A program made the position numbers and the translations under genes. From Fimbriosthenelais zetlandica (Eukaryota), in assembly GCA_977030845.1 (NCBI GenBank), contig OZ365114.1:17360001-17424000 (forward strand): 64,000 nucleotides of DNA. The letters are read 5' to 3'. Of the stretch, positions 45,376 through 60,700 are shown one piece after another (positions within the stretch are counted from its first letter, which is position 1; every line of letters begins with the position of its first letter). A model generated the notes under the pieces. That model made no database searches, had not been told where the DNA came from, and saw nothing but the letters and a program-made list of their open reading frames with translations.

Positions 45376-48300
45376 AAAATCCTGCTCACAATACTAAAGA
45401 CCTGCAAGCAAGCCTCAACCCATGACAACAGCAGACCGATGTGGCCTCTTAATAGTCTCTGAAGTAGTTTCATATTTTGGTTGAGCGTAGGCTTTGACGT
45501 GCATCATACTACGCTCTTCTCTGTATTTAATACTAGTTCGTCACACCAAAGAAGTAACTGTTGTTCTCAATCTTTCCTGCATAATATGATTATATTTTCC
45601 ATTGAAATGATGAATTGGAATGGTTACAGCTGAGCACAGGGTTTTCCCCCCAGTGATTTTAGACTAGGAACCAATGGAGCATATCAACTGTTATCCGGAA
45701 CGTTGACATGCGAACTAGGAATGTGTTCAGGCTGATAAAGCATGACCTCCAGTCAACCTTGAAGTGACAATGATCCAGATGACACGGATTAAAATCTACA
45801 GGGGGGAGGAGGTGTCATTATTACGATTAAACAGGGCACAGGGAGGCAAGGTGGGGGAAGAGAATAAGTTAAAGTGATAGAGATGATGATGCCGATGTCA
45901 ACCTATCCAAAGCAAATGCGAGGAAGAGGGAACAGTAGAAATATCAGGGAGAATACAGTACGACCGTCGATCAAGGCACAAAAACGCTCTACCAAATGAT
46001 AACAAGAATGGCACAAACTCCTAGCAAACACCGGAAAAGAAAAAGTCATCTCTTGCTTCCATTCGTAACGAGTCACTTGGGGAATAGCAGGGTGTTGTCT
46101 TATCGTAACATAAAAAGTCAAGTAACAGTTCTTCGGTTCTAATCTTGTCTCCGAAACAAGTTGGAAAATTAAGGAGGTGAAGGAGAAGCTGGATGGAGTG
46201 GTGGAGTGGGATTTGGGAGTGCTGCTCTCACTAACGTCACTCACGTATCCAAACACAAATATTTGATGTGTCGCTCGGAGGACAAATGGTAGACGGCTTG
46301 CTACATCAACGGCCCAAATAGAGTTTGTAGCAGTCCACTCTGAACCAGTTACATTTATCCCAATTGGATTTGCAAATTATATTTCTTATCTTAAAATTTA
46401 ATTAAAAGAGCTAGTTAACTGTATGTAATGCTTAATATAAGGGTTTTTTGGAAGCTTTTTATAGAGCTTCCAACCTGTTTGTGGGATACCCCTTTCAGAG
46501 GACAACCCTTATCATGCATGTTGCACCAGCATTCATCCGACATAATTTGTCAGAATCACTAAAGACCTCAGTATAAATGTGATCGGAAAGGCTTCTATGT
46601 TAATGCCCAACATCCACCCTCCTCAAACAGGCAACGAGTACACCATTATGGACCTTCAAATAGAGTCATTGAGTGGGGCACGTGACGGCACAAAATGGAT
46701 ACTGTTTAAGGAGATGGCTAAGGCCCAATTATTCTCCCTTGATTAGATTAAGGCGCCCTTCCTGACTGAGCCGGGATATAGAGGTTAATCTACTCTATGG
46801 GGCATGGGTGGAGGGAAATAAGGGAATGAGTGTTCGGCCCGGGAATAGCTCCATTATATCATAGAGCTCTTCTTCGAAGACACCGGGCTCTGTAACCGCG
46901 TATATATGGGGCCTGATAAAGCTCCAGTATATGTGGGGGTCTATACTTCATAACGTTACTGTCTTAAGCCGAATATTACCTCAGGGTAATTTTCATCTTA
47001 CATTCTATGACCATTAAGGAATGCTTTATAGACTTGGGAGGCATCAATTAAATCTTTTAATCAATAGTCCTGTAAAGTATAGTCCTGTCAAGTTCCCATG
47101 GTCAAATCTCCCTGAAAGGTTACTATAATTCTGCAGTACAGACTCGCGAGCCTTTCTACGAGGGTAGAAATGGCGATGAAGTGGTTGAGTCAACGAAGGG
47201 TCCACTTGTAATGTAGTGGAGTGGGAATGAACATAGAAGAGAGAGATGGTCCAAAGTGAAACCTGCAAGTGGGAGGGCCTGAATGATGATTCATGGAGAG
47301 CACGAGAGCCTGGGCTAATATAGCAAAGCATGACAGATGTGGAAAAGGAGTGGCTGTTAAGTCTCCCACACAGGCGACTAGATTCATGGGTGTCTCAACC
47401 CTGCCTTATCTAGATGACATTTTCATGATGAAAATAATAATGTACATAGTATCAGATACTGCATGTCCATGATAGAATGTAACATAATCATATGGTAAAG
47501 GAATAGCTAAACTTGTAAATGGATTAGCTCCACTTTCAGTTTGAAACACCTTAACCATGATGTATCAATGAAATTGATACAAGAATCTCGGAATGTCACT
47601 AAAAATCATTGAGATTCATATTAGTAGACCTATGCAAATAATAACTAATTACAGTAAATGACCCTGAGGGTATGATATGGGTATAACCTCATTAGGAGAG
47701 TAAATAGGTTTTGGCACCATGTCTGGGGTGATGACTGTGGGCAACAGTGGAGGTTAACACCCCAGTTCACACACTCCAGTGTCTGGTAAGTACTGCAGGA
47801 TAAAGGCTGTCTGGCCTTAAATGATGCATCTCCCATTGTACAGTCATATAGGCTACTTTGTTCAATAAAGACTAAGTATTCGACACAAAGGCTTAACAGC
47901 CTTCATGACACAAAACGAGACGCAAGATACCCACTCTCTTACAAGTCATCTTAAGAAAATCCTGTAGATTATTGACTTATGACTCATATTAAGTGAGAAT
48001 GTATGTCCATGCATGACTGAGTAAAATGCTTATAATCATTCACATGACTAATCATGAATCACCATACATACGAAATACAAGAAAAATTTGGAATTTTCCT
48101 GGGATATTTTTAATATAATTTAGGATTTCAATCGTATAAGTGATACGTACATAATACTGTTAACCTTTAAAGTGCTAGGTAATCGATATGATCACATTTT
48201 TGTCAGTATTAGCCTCAAGACAAATCGCTTCATTTATTTCGATCATACATTTCAATCCTCTCGGCGTGTGATTCTATTGCGTACCTGGGAGCACTTGACG

Positions 48301-51300
48301 TAATGGATGTGGAAGCAGCCTCGAGACTTGCAACATTCATACGTTTATGAACAGCACGATTTAATTACAACTGCCAATATCTGAAGCATTTGATTCATGA
48401 GTTGCTTCCCTTATCCAAATCATTGCCATATCGAGAATACCCAGCACGAGTTATGAGCATAGTAGAGATGTTATACCAACTACTCTGGTGAGGGTAAACA
48501 AACCCTCATGTTTTAGAATGTAATCGATAAGCTGTCTAGATGTCATGCAGGGTATGATGTCATTACATGTCATATATACACCCATCTCAGCCTGCCTGGA
48601 GGACACTGGATGGGCTTCCTCCCTGGGCCATCATGGACCTGGAGTAATATACTGTGACAATGTATGTTCAATATGATGCACCAGAAGTCTCATATATTGA
48701 GATTATATGGGTCCTAACCTGAACACAAGGGAGTAACGAGTTTTTATTGAGGATGGGGTATGATATTAACAATAGCCAGACTTCTCCCACAGGCGCCTGG
48801 AGGACCACATCACCAAGCCTGGAGGGAGGGGTGGAAATAAACCAGGCCCCCACACATACATACAGCCGTAGATGCTCCCCAATATGTAAAATTGTATTAT
48901 ATATCAGGACTTCTGTTCTGGTGCTTCCTTAAAAATTCTTCATCGCTTACTAAAACTGATTATAAAGACATAGCACTCGGAGATGGAACACGAGCGCAAT
49001 GACTTCAAATTTTCAATTATCTCGAAGGCAGTATCTGATGGAAATTGAGAAGAACGCCTTTAGAATGGAACATATCAGGTTTTGTTTTCCTCTCTCCAGA
49101 CTTTTCGTTGTTAAGTGTTTTTGTTTTAAGGCAAGAAGATTTCAACCGAGAGGTGTTGTGAATTCTCTTGCGGCATCATGATCATGCCATCTCATCAGCA
49201 TCACATTGGTGTATCTAGGCTATATTTCTCTGGAGTTGTTTGCGATCTGTGATTATCTGTCTGGTTTTTGGTCTACCCCAGTGGGCAGCACTGCATGGTT
49301 AGACGGAAGGACAAGTACAGATGCACAACCTGCACCCGAACAACCTTGTAAATAGCAATTACATGGTCGACCACCAACCAGCAGAAGTCACCAAGCCATC
49401 TCCAACCGCTACTCAACCTAAAACCCCAGTCTCTATCTGGTCTGCTGATATTTTGTCAAGATCGAAATGCAGCCTGGTCAGTTATGATATGAGAGTCATT
49501 TCCTGGGGTTTGAATGTTTGTTTTCAAGCCAACCTTGACCCAATAATTCTCATTTAATGACCCAAAATAAAGCAATGGCCTACGGCCTTGGAATATCTGC
49601 AGCAAGGTGTCTCATAGCAAGGTTGCTGATCAGCAATTAATCTTTGGGATGCACCAACAAGATTATTTGCCCTGATAATGAAATATCTGATAACAAACGT
49701 CACCCATGTCCCTCCTGTAACCCAATCAAGTTGGAGATCCTTTCGGTTATTAGCTTTGGATTCCAACAAGGAGAGACAACTGTAAGCTTTCAAATTATGA
49801 AGAGATTATTGTGAATAAGAAACAAGCCGTTTTCTCTAGCAATGAACAGAAATACTTAGACTTAACAAGTTTTTCATTCGGTCAAATAACGCTGGAGGCT
49901 TTAGGTTTAATTTCCTTGAGACAACTATGCAGCATTTATAGGACCAGCCAAGGGAAAGCAGCCACGGGAAAATAAGCACATTCAGTGTGTCTTGGCCCTT
50001 TTACATGGGCACCCTGCTTGCCATCCTTGGGGTCAATTGTTGCACTGACATCGATTTTATCCATGAAATAAGAATCGACTCCTGCCTTCCATATGGCCCT
50101 GAAAGCCCGATGACCAGATCGATGGCCGCCAGGCTCACTCCTTTTGGGTATAAAGGTGAAATAGGTTGGCTAGCAAAGATATTAGAAATCTGTAACAATA
50201 TTCTAATGTTTATCTAATTTGCCATATCATTCTTTCAGAGGCCCAAGGCAAAGTAGGACAATGCGATCTGTGGTACTTTGTCCATTGGAATTTTATACCA
50301 ACGCCTTGGATTTCTTTTATTCTTATGCTATTCTACATCGACGATTGTCTACGGTATTTACAACACCGTTAATTACAAAATTGTATGCTCTTTTTTCTTT
50401 AAAGGCAAAAAGGTAGAAAGGAAAGAATGTGACAACTTCAATTAGGAAAGCTATCTATAAGAACTGCCATTGGCAATTGAATCAATTTGCTGGAGGAAAG
50501 GCTAAAATCGTTTTTGTCACGTCACTGTTTTCGTGTTGGATGGGACTTCATTCTTGTCCTCCAAACTCAGTTATCGTGTCTAAGGATCAGGCGATAAAAA
50601 TCGGCATCCTTCCTTCCCCAAACTTTGCCCATCAGGGACAAAATCACAAGGGTCGGACCCGGGCCACGCTGCACCAACAAAACATCCCACTTGGGCTAAT
50701 TATTACATTTCTTCCGGACTGCTGGGAAGGGGGTTCAATTTGCATGCAGTTAGAAGAGAAGCTTGCTGTGTTGTAAGTGGTTTAAGGTGGAGTAGGATGG
50801 CACATGATAGATAAGGGGAGGGTGAATATGGAAAAGCATGGCTTTTGGGAGATTAGGATTGCGGAAGGTTGATGGAGTTAGGGGGTCAGGGGCACTCTCT
50901 ATTCTTGCCTGAAGAGGTGCCAGACTAGGCTCGCTATACGTTATCTATGGGGCAACAGTTTTCATCCCTTATATTCGGCTCATGAGTATGACACCAAGTT
51001 TTCCTTTAAAGGTCATCCCGTAAGACTCGAGAACCGCTTCTCGAATAGATCTTCCTGAAAAGGGAACCACTGTAAATGTAGTGGAGTGCCCCATCTCAGA
51101 GGTAGACCTGAACCCACTGGCCTTGTTGGCCCTGATCAGGACACTGACGGCCAGAAGATGGACTCAGAAGCGGTCGTCCTCCAGGGTCCAGTTTGACACC
51201 GACATCACATTGTCCAAACATTCCCAGATTGCCTTTTGATAGTAACAGCAGATAATAGCAACCTCTCCATCTCTTATGTATAATAGAACTGCTTTGTGTA

Positions 51301-51609
51301 TGGAAACTGGAATTAAACATGACCATGATGTGAAATATAGCTGGATTATGTTCAAACACAAGAGAAATAGCCCATTTTTGAGCTGTTATCTGACATGAGG
51401 ATATGGCCTATCGACTTTCTGAGCCCTTGTCTGCTGCCTTCTACCACCCATCCACTGTTTTCTGGGCTACAGTCATGGAACAGAGGGGAGGAGGCAGATG
51501 AGAAGGGAGGAGATGGTGGCAAAGGCAGAGTTGTGGGCAGTGCCAGATGAGATGGGACATTTCCCTACACTACGTTCACCACACCACCCTTCTCCCTCTC
51601 ACACAGAAA

Positions 51610-51776
51610 CACACACGCCCCAACGATCGATAGACACCGATTGGCATTTGCTCATGTATGGACAGACCGCTAGAGGGCCTCCTTCAAGCAGCAAAATGAG
51701 GCATGTGCAGGGCCATGACGTGACGTCAGAAAGGTCCCGGAATGCAGCCCGCGCTTCATGAAGCGCATCGGTAAGT
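51610..51776 (+). promoter_or_regulatory. Candidate promoter and first exon of gene 2
   Basis: CACACGCCC (Sp/KLF-like, 51612), inverted CCAAT (GATTGG 51639-44), TGACG-TGACGTCA (full CRE 51721-28), locally CpG-rich, followed by strong donor TCG|GTAAGT at 51771 and a T-run. Confidence 0.5.
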
Positions 51777-54700
51777 TTTTTTTAACATTCCTACTATCAG
51801 TCTTTTTAGAACAGTTTGCGGAATATTGGCGGAGCATTACTGGGAATGTTGGTAGAAGTTTGTACTCTTGTGACTGTAGAGTATTATAGAGAAGTTGTCA
51901 TGGGATCCAGTCAGTGGTGGCTGGAGTCAGTGCTGCATGGATGGCAGTGAGAGCTGGGATCTTTGGGCTAGAGGGATCTGCTCAAGCTGCCTTCAACCAT
52001 ACACTGAGCTGCTCCTCTCTCTATATATACTACTTTCGTATTTAATTGACTGGAATTTACCACAAGTAAGTGAGTATCGAACACATTACTCTCACTTTAT
52101 TCAGATCTACTCTTATTATATATATATACCTACCACAAATTATAGGCTCAAAACTAAGTTTACGAAGAAGTCGAAGGTGGATGCACTTAGGCAGCCAAAA
52201 GTTCATGGTATTCGATAATTAGATTTTCTTTCTATAAATCATTACAACTGCAATAATAACATAATATTTCCTAAATAAGTATTGGTTCTAGTGATCTTCT
52301 AATGCCTGAAGGCATATGAAATAGTTTCATGATCCGAATGGGTCAGCAGTAATATAATATGGACGCTGGAAATGGACACAGTGACTGGTCATTGAAGTAC
52401 TTAAACAAATTAATGGCGGACATGTGGACACATGTGGTTAAAGCATGTGGTGGATTTGGACGAGTTGTAAGTAGACCAGAGAGGGTATATATATATGGTG
52501 GAGCGCCTGGCACGGACGGGCCCCAGCTCTACCCGAGACGCGGCCCTGACTTGAGACTTGAGCTTCTCACGTCCGCTTTTGAGCACATCACATCTACTTG
52601 GCTCCAGCCATGCGTTATAAGCATCGCCCGTCCGTCATTGTGGACCTGCTCTCATGAGGAAATAATCCAGGAATTCAATGCTCAATCATTTTGTTACAGT
52701 GACAGTAAGGTCTCATGCGGGGTGAATTGGTGAGCGTGTGCATGTGGGGGAGCTTTAGCAAGGGGTGCATTCATGGTAGTCACTGGGCGTATTCGATGAG
52801 AAGACGGGCCTATGAATGCTTATAAGTGTTGGGCAATCAGTATGGAATGTCATAATGCACGTATATAGCCAACTCCTGGGTGGTTTCTGAATGTATATTC
52901 CCAGTCCATTAACTCTGAAAGTGGAGATTGATATAGCAGGACATGGGAAAACCAGAGTTGTATGAATAAATTATGGGCTCGTACTCATTGGAGTTATTCT
53001 CGATTGGTGTCAGTCACACAATGTAAGATCAATATAATCAACAGTCGATGTAATGAGTGACACGAGATAGACGTCAGCTTATAGCCGCTTATTACAGTCC
53101 ATGGTGCCATTCTTGAAATCAATAGACTAAACAATTGAACTGAAAATGTGTGGCTTAAAATTCCATTTACCATCGACACCTTTGCTGATTATCGGTGCTT
53201 TATAAATTCACCATCGTTGAAGGGAATGGAAGTGTTATGAAAAAGTTTCAAGTTAAGACATATTGACTAGAAGACAAGACATGGAGAACTATGGCTCGTT
53301 GATAAACGATCTGTATTACAAGCGTTTTATACAGTGAGCAATTCAGACATATCTGAGGTATCGATAAAATATATCTATGAAATGCCCTGGAGGAGTATCT
53401 GGCAGAAAGAGCCCCGGAGAGGAGATGAAGTCCCTAGCAGTATCAGACACCACTTAGACCAGTGACTGCTATGTAGGGAGAGATATATCTCCAATACATC
53501 CCGCACTGGCATCAATACCAAAGTCAAAGTCTATACTATCTCCATATATGTATGTGTTTACTATTTACTGGTGGAAGCCTTTTATGGACTATAGTGCTTG
53601 CTGCGTCAATATTTCTGGCATGCTTTGAGGCCATCGGTGCCAATATCTCCAGGGTGGTCCAATAGTTACTCCCCTTTAGCCTTTTCTGGGTTAATAGCAA
53701 GTTGAACAGGTATCAATTATTTCGACTTCGATGTGAATTCGAAAGAGTAATTAATGCAAATAATGTGTTGATCAGAATATGTGTCATGAGAGATTATTGC
53801 ACAACGACCCACCAATTTCAGAGCTAAAGAGTTAGAAATAAAGGGTTTTTTTGCAACCCATTCAGCAGAAAGTAATGTATATTCATATGACCAGTGGAGC
53901 ATTCCACATAGGGTGTGATTAGCTGTTTTAATAGCAGACTTAGAGCTCTATACATTATGCTGTGCATCAGCTACCAGCCCCTCTCCCTCTCGCCCATTTC
54001 CCCTACCATAGCACCCCTTGTATGGACAAACAGTGCTCTGGAAATGACTTTGCAACGTTATGTCAAACACAAGCCATGCATCATTCTCAAACCTATATGT
54101 GTTGCCAAAACCTAATCAATGCTCCTATACAATGGGTCACTTGCCTCGGCTATTATCCCAACTTTACATCATCTCAGAACCTTCTATCTAACTCTGTGTT
54201 GTGCACCAGTGATCAGCTATATAGTCTTTTTGATGGGAGTACAGACTTTTGTAGACAATATCATAGCAGGGGACGATAAATATATTGTCCGTCGCACAGT
54301 CTATATAATACAGGGTCAACATGGCAATAAGTCATGGCTAGTCGAGAGGCAGGCCGTGAGTTCATTATGGCGGAGGGCTTTGGTCCGTCCTGGATGAATG
54401 GATCGATGTGAATTTAATGGGTGACCAATAAGAGAGAGCAAACACTATTAGTTTCTGTCAACAATGCATGAGCACCAGACCCGAAAAGATATAGGCGATC
54501 CGACCATGTAGAGACATGCCCTAAATGAGTGCACTTCGACAATAAATCCTTGAAATTCATAATGGAATAGGTTTTATAATATCATTCAACGCAACAGCTT
54601 TCAATTGTTCAGAAGGAGAATTCAATTTCTGTATGTGGCATTGAGCATGTGAAATTACAGCCAAAACTGTTCAATTTAGCTTGAGCGCTCGAACATTGAA

Positions 54701-57700
54701 AGGTCAGAGATGTGAAGGTGTTAAAACCCGATTCAACGCCAATTCCCTGTGATATCACTTAACCTCTCTGTGCAGCTCTCAGCGAGTCATTCCACATGTG
54801 GAATGAGATAAAGCCATTAAGAAAGTGTCCATCCCTAAGGCAGTCTCAGGTGAGGGCAATCCCTGGCTTCAGGAGTTCAGGCAAATAGGGAAATAGTCTG
54901 GGTTCATGTTATACTGACAATGCCTCGATTTTATCAATACATTGTTCTGAATAACTTCACTATCATTACGAACAGCATCGAGTGCTATGCTGATACACTC
55001 AGCACATTGTTGAATATGTGTCATACATTGAACGCCAACTGCATTCTCTGACATTCAAATATATTTCTTCCTTGGATTTTCTTCAAAACCCTTAATTAAC
55101 TGTATATATCATGGTGGAATGCAGAGCTAGTATAAGAGATTATATAATGATAAAACCAAAGCAACTCCTGTATATATGATGTGTCTAAATTATTTACATT
55201 ACAAAATAAGATGTACAGACAACAAAATGATCTAATCTTATTCAGATAATTCGAGATGAATTATGCACGGAAAGAACAAAAACTACTGTGGTACGCTACA
55301 CTTAGAAACTCTGTTATCGCCATCTTCACAATGTAATCTCTCGCCCTCAGCTTCCCAGAAGATATAGGATGGCTGAACTGAGATGGAAAAAAATCTGTCT
55401 GGCTGGCTACCAGTACAGACGCGGCCCTAAGTGGGACCACAGTACCATTTACGAGTCCCAAGCGTGTTAGCTTCTATTCTCTTAAAAGAAGTCAGATGCA
55501 AGTAAAGAGTAAGTCAACAATGACAATGCCTGTTCTTAGGATCGTTCGTATTCAGGGGAAAGATCATTTATTCTGTGTGGTCCTGGGAAATAGCAGAGCG
55601 GAAGTGACCTCAGCGAAGGGCTTCTCTAGAGCATTAAACTGCAGGATATTGTCCTCACTCTGAGCGGAAGACCCTTCACCTGAGAGTTTAAATAAAGGAG
55701 ATGGACCCAAAAGGTTTTTAACAGTTAGCGAGGACTTCCAAAGTTCGAATTTATAAAGAAGTGAAATAGAACAAAAAATGTCAAGGGAACTTCGAGTAAA
55801 ACCATCACTACTCTGTTATTTTAAGGGCGAGCTAGATGATTTTGCTATAGAGCTATCACATCTGTACGTGAACAGGAAACTGTAGGACGACGTTTTTCGG
55901 CACATACATGGCATTCGGTGTATTAGCAAGACAGACTTCTGGCCACAGGCTTTGCACAAATCATGCCCGATTCGGGCCCCATAGCTGCTTCCAGCTGACT
56001 TGGTCTGCCTCTCTGGGGTCATATGACAATCCATATCCCCCAGTATCATGGCACGTACGACACATGCAGTTGGCATAAAATATGTAAACGGCAGACATAC
56101 ATCTCAGGGGCATAGGCAGGCACAGAGATTTTGACATTTTTTCATCTTGTTTTGTGTTTCCCCTTGCTAATGGGGAGATATCCATATCCCGCGTCGTGCT
56201 TCCATCAACCAGGAACACATACAAAGACTTTCACCCTGATATACGGCTTCTAAGCCTTGTTCCTACTATACTTTAGGAAATGGGGCAAATGTCCAATCTA
56301 CATGTAGTTACTGACTGTTAAACATGAACAGTAAACTTGATAATATAATATATGTGTCGTTCTTCTCTAAATCCAATGATTTAAGATAAATATTTCAGTT
56401 TAACTTGGTAGCTTACTTAGAACGCCACCTGATTTACGTGTTATCCTTGACATCAGCATGATGTAACCTTGTGTGTTCGCATGACACAGTCCTGTCAAAC
56501 GCTAGTCAGTGACAGGGCTAATGTCACACCACAGTGGAAACATTTCACTTTCTGACTGTTGACTTTGCTATGGTATCATGAATTGCTTTTAGCAAGTGAA
56601 AGTCCCTTCGAGATTCCTTCCATGTTATCGATCACTGACTTCTTCCTAGTCTGACAGACATTCAAGGAAGTCCTTCCAGGTCCCCATAAAGGAAGTATCT
56701 ACCACACATCTCCCAAGAGAAATCTAACAATCCTGTCAAAATTATTCTCACTGACTTCCCTTCTGACAGTACATGTATGAGAACAGGACTTGGTCGGATA
56801 AGGGAAATTACCAATGGAAATTAGAATGGAAATTTGATGCAATTTGTATCACAGACATGTCTGCATCAGTGTTTTTTGCATATAGTTTACATGAAGTACA
56901 AGACAAAATGTGAATTTCATGACCAGAAGGCCCTTGGAAAAGGAATTTGGTGTACAAGCAATCTGACTGGTGCTTATACTTCATAAGATGTTAGGGATAC
57001 ATTTGACAGCAAATTTGTTAAACTAATCCATATTCTGAAATTGAAGTGTTCAGCCAACCCCTGACCTTCTAGATGAAGCGTTCTCTTGTTCCAGGACAAA
57101 CATGGTCCACTTGGTGTCAGTCGTACTGTTTTCCAAAGAAAAAGGGGGCAGACGGCCATTAACTTGATGAACACAGTGTCAGCTCTGATTAAGAGAAGCT
57201 TTGCTTTGTCCCCCGAAACAACAACAAAAGCACCAACTACGTCATCAAATTAATTGTCCCGATTACAAATCGCCAACAAGAATTAGGCAACCTATCTCTG
57301 GTCTGGCCCAATGGAGATCCTCTGAACCAATAAAGTAAATCTTTTAACCCCATAAAAGCTACTGGAGCCTTTGGGATTCTGAAGCATTGCCTTGCCAAAG
57401 GCAGTGCAGTGCTTTATGATATTCTCCTTTACTCGGTGGCTCAATGCCTTGAGGCATTCCCTTACAAACAGGAGCAATTGCCTTGAGGCATTCCCTGGCG
57501 AAAGCAGCATGTTGCTACAAGGCAAACATGATTATGCTCATGTCTAAGATATTATGCACATGCCAACTTATATTAACGTTTCTTTATATAAGGAATTTTT
57601 CAATATCTTATATTCGAAAAAAGGGGAACTGGGGTGGGGTAAGAGTTAAGCATATCAAAATTCCTCTTATCTTTTCTTCTTATATGGGTGAGAATAAAAC

Positions 57701-60700
57701 CCACACAACTCGGCCAAATTTTATCAGCTCAGTTCTTGCCTGACTTATCAGAGGCACCTTGCTCAACGATATGCAAAACAATTCAGCCTTTAGTCATCAA
57801 GTGCTTCCTCGTCCCTGATACACTTTGCTCACATTAATGCTGGGACTTGGAATACCCACTTCTCAAACAAACAACTCCCTGACCTGTGAGATTCCCATTG
57901 TCTCACTTTGCCTATATGCATGAGATTCTGACGAAGCAAGTATTTTTCCCACTATGGATACTTTTACGATATTCCACCTCCCTCTATATCAAAGCAGCAA
58001 AGGACTTTATGCAAAAAGCTTTCAACTAGATACTGCACAATGAAGTAATCTGCGTTTGTGCCAATGGTATCTACTCACGCATAAAATGGTATTGCTCTCT
58101 GTTCGCCATAATTTGCCTGACCCAAAATGACAGTGCACAGTATGAAGTATGCATAATATTATTATTGGGGCAGGGAACATGTATGAGGATTTAATCTCAG
58201 ACTGCGGCTTCAGGAATTCTCGTATCATTGAGGGAAGAGACTTAACTGTTATCTACTCAAGCACACACCATACGTGATTACAACGGGCTGGGGGCCGTTA
58301 AAAGCAAATAGAAAGCGGCACACGCTTGGCTTGATACTCCATGGGAAAAGCACTCTCCGTATCATAACAAGTAAATATGCATTTCTTTCCCTCACATTGT
58401 TTTGGGAGAGTTGCTATTAGCTCGCCATGAATTACGTTTCTGTATTGAGCCGTAATGGATGGGTTTTGGATGAAGTCCCATTTTATTGGTTTCCCGGTTG
58501 AAAAAATGCCTGTTTTTGGTTTTGGAGAATTGAATAGACTATATTGCTACTAGCAATTCTATTCAGGTGAATCGTTTTAATGGCATAAGACCAAAGTTGG
58601 AAACTGAAAAAGTCAGGGATTCAGAAAGCCATTCCAACAAGTAGGCCTTCATTGATCCTGATGGTGTATTTTAACCTATACAGTTGTATAGATTATTTTA
58701 ACATATAGTTCAGTGTAACTAACAAAGTTAGCTAGTGTAACAAAGCCTGCAGCAGTGATGCTAGCATGACGAATGGAATTTTCACAGTAATGACTCCTCC
58801 CCATGATAGAAAACTGATTCTACCATTCAAATAACAGAGTTATGAAAAGATAACAAGTTCCTCGTTTAAATCTAGCGTCCAATTACAATGTGAAAATTGT
58901 CCCTGGGCGAGGGCTCAGAACATAAGATAATGCACTTCTATATCCCCTGATACACCATTAACAGAATATAGAGGATTTCTTTATGTGGTACATTATCTTT
59001 CACATCCCTATGGTTATTAGCGACTGGTTACACTAGATCCTTCACTGTGTATATATAATATAAAGATATGAAGTATATCATACTGAATAGTGCATGGTTG
59101 CCATAAACAAATCTGTAACTCATAAATGCTAACAGTCAAGAGAGTTAGACAATGTCTTAAGGTATATACGTCTAAACTTTAGAATGCTGAAAAATTCATT
59201 CCTGTCTGGTGTACAGCTTAAGTATACAATTCATCTGGCTCCGCTTTGGATTCCGGCTGATGTTCGACTCGTTTAATATGGATCTATGATGTGCCAGGAT
59301 CAGCCATATGATCAGTAATGAACATGGCTAATAAAGTCTTCCTTTCATTGATATGAGCAAGCCCAAAGGCAATACCGTGTCTTCAGCATGTCTTCCCACG
59401 CCCCCAATTTGATTGCTATTCTCGAGTGGAACGCCATTGTCTTAGCTTCAAAAGGCTTTCTCTGCGATGACGACCCCTTATTACATATACAAGTTACACG
59501 GAAAAAGCTGGCTAACCCAGACTCTCTGAAGGACTTAAGTTTAAGGCCACAGGATATTCATTTACTATGGCACCCTGTAGTCTGCGTATATCAAGGTGGA
59601 TATATGCTAATTGTCAGAGGGCTACTCCATCAAACATTTACTATGGAACTTAGATTATGTATACATTATCAGGGACTGGAACAAGGGGGACCATCTTTGG
59701 GAAGGTATTTGTGTTTTGATGGCGCTCTCTCTGGGATTTCTCATAATGTTGGTAGTGGTTGATGCAGCATTTGTGGTGTAAATGTACAAAGAGGTCTGAT
59801 TATAATACACACTCATAGTTTTACTGCAAAAATAGGAAAAAATGTAGGCCTACTTCATATTTGATTTTTCTCAACGGCAATCAGCAACATTTGTTATCAA
59901 TGATATCGTTAGAACAAACATGTGATCAAGTTGCAATTGACAAGACAGCAAGTTCTTCCTCTTGGCCGTGAAGTGGGATGGATATAGTATCTTACAGTTC
60001 GCCTTGTAGGAAATCGATGTAAGATTTGTTCAATAGGGATTTTAGGCCACGTTGAGCATGGAAAACATCTCTGTATGTGGGAAATCGTGGAATATGCTAT
60101 AATCTATTAAACCAATCCACTCATGGCCCCATCCAACGGAAGCAATGCTTATTAGAGGAATCTAAGTGTATAACATTAACAGCAGTACCGCTGTGCCATA
60201 CACAAGCAACAAGAGTCCTTGCCAAGCAGAAAAGATAAGAATACTCCCCTGTGAGTTCTTGTTCTTACCAAACTGGGAGAATGTGTATATGAAACTCTGA
60301 ATTGATGCCTGCAGCATTCATAGCATAGCTTCCACAATGATTCCCTCCCTCGGCATCAAGCCAATGAGGAGCGGCAATTTCTGCAGAGAAGCTTGTCTAC
60401 TCAAAATAGGCTGTCTATTCAATGTCTGCCTCAGACAAGGAGTTGCCAGAGAAAGTAATGGGACTCGTGCCCCTCACTTCATGCCGATGAATGTCTTTCT
60501 CTATGAGCTTTGAAAACCATCAAGGGTACATGACAGGGAATACCGACTTTAATTGGACGGGTCTGAGAGGTGTCATAGTCGCAAGCCAAGGGTTCCTCTT
60601 CCTTTACTTAATGTTGATTTGATGGAAAATGACTGAACGTAGCGGAGGCCATCCTGGTGTTAAATTGGATTGATTAGGTGAACAAGATAAATAGATAATG

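Noticed and set aside
46660-46900. GARDGTKWIL resembling the PIF/Harbinger GAIDGTHI motif
   Set aside because: Single short match, no further catalytic motifs and no terminal inverted repeats found.
49987-51250. SWPFYMGTLLAILG (TM2-like), IDSCLPYG (DIRS RT-like) and RVQFDTD (RNase H-like) fragments
   Set aside because: No proper acceptor or Cys-loop exons for a third paralog; the YLDD motif is missing and spacing is off for DIRS. Motif matches are too short to support.
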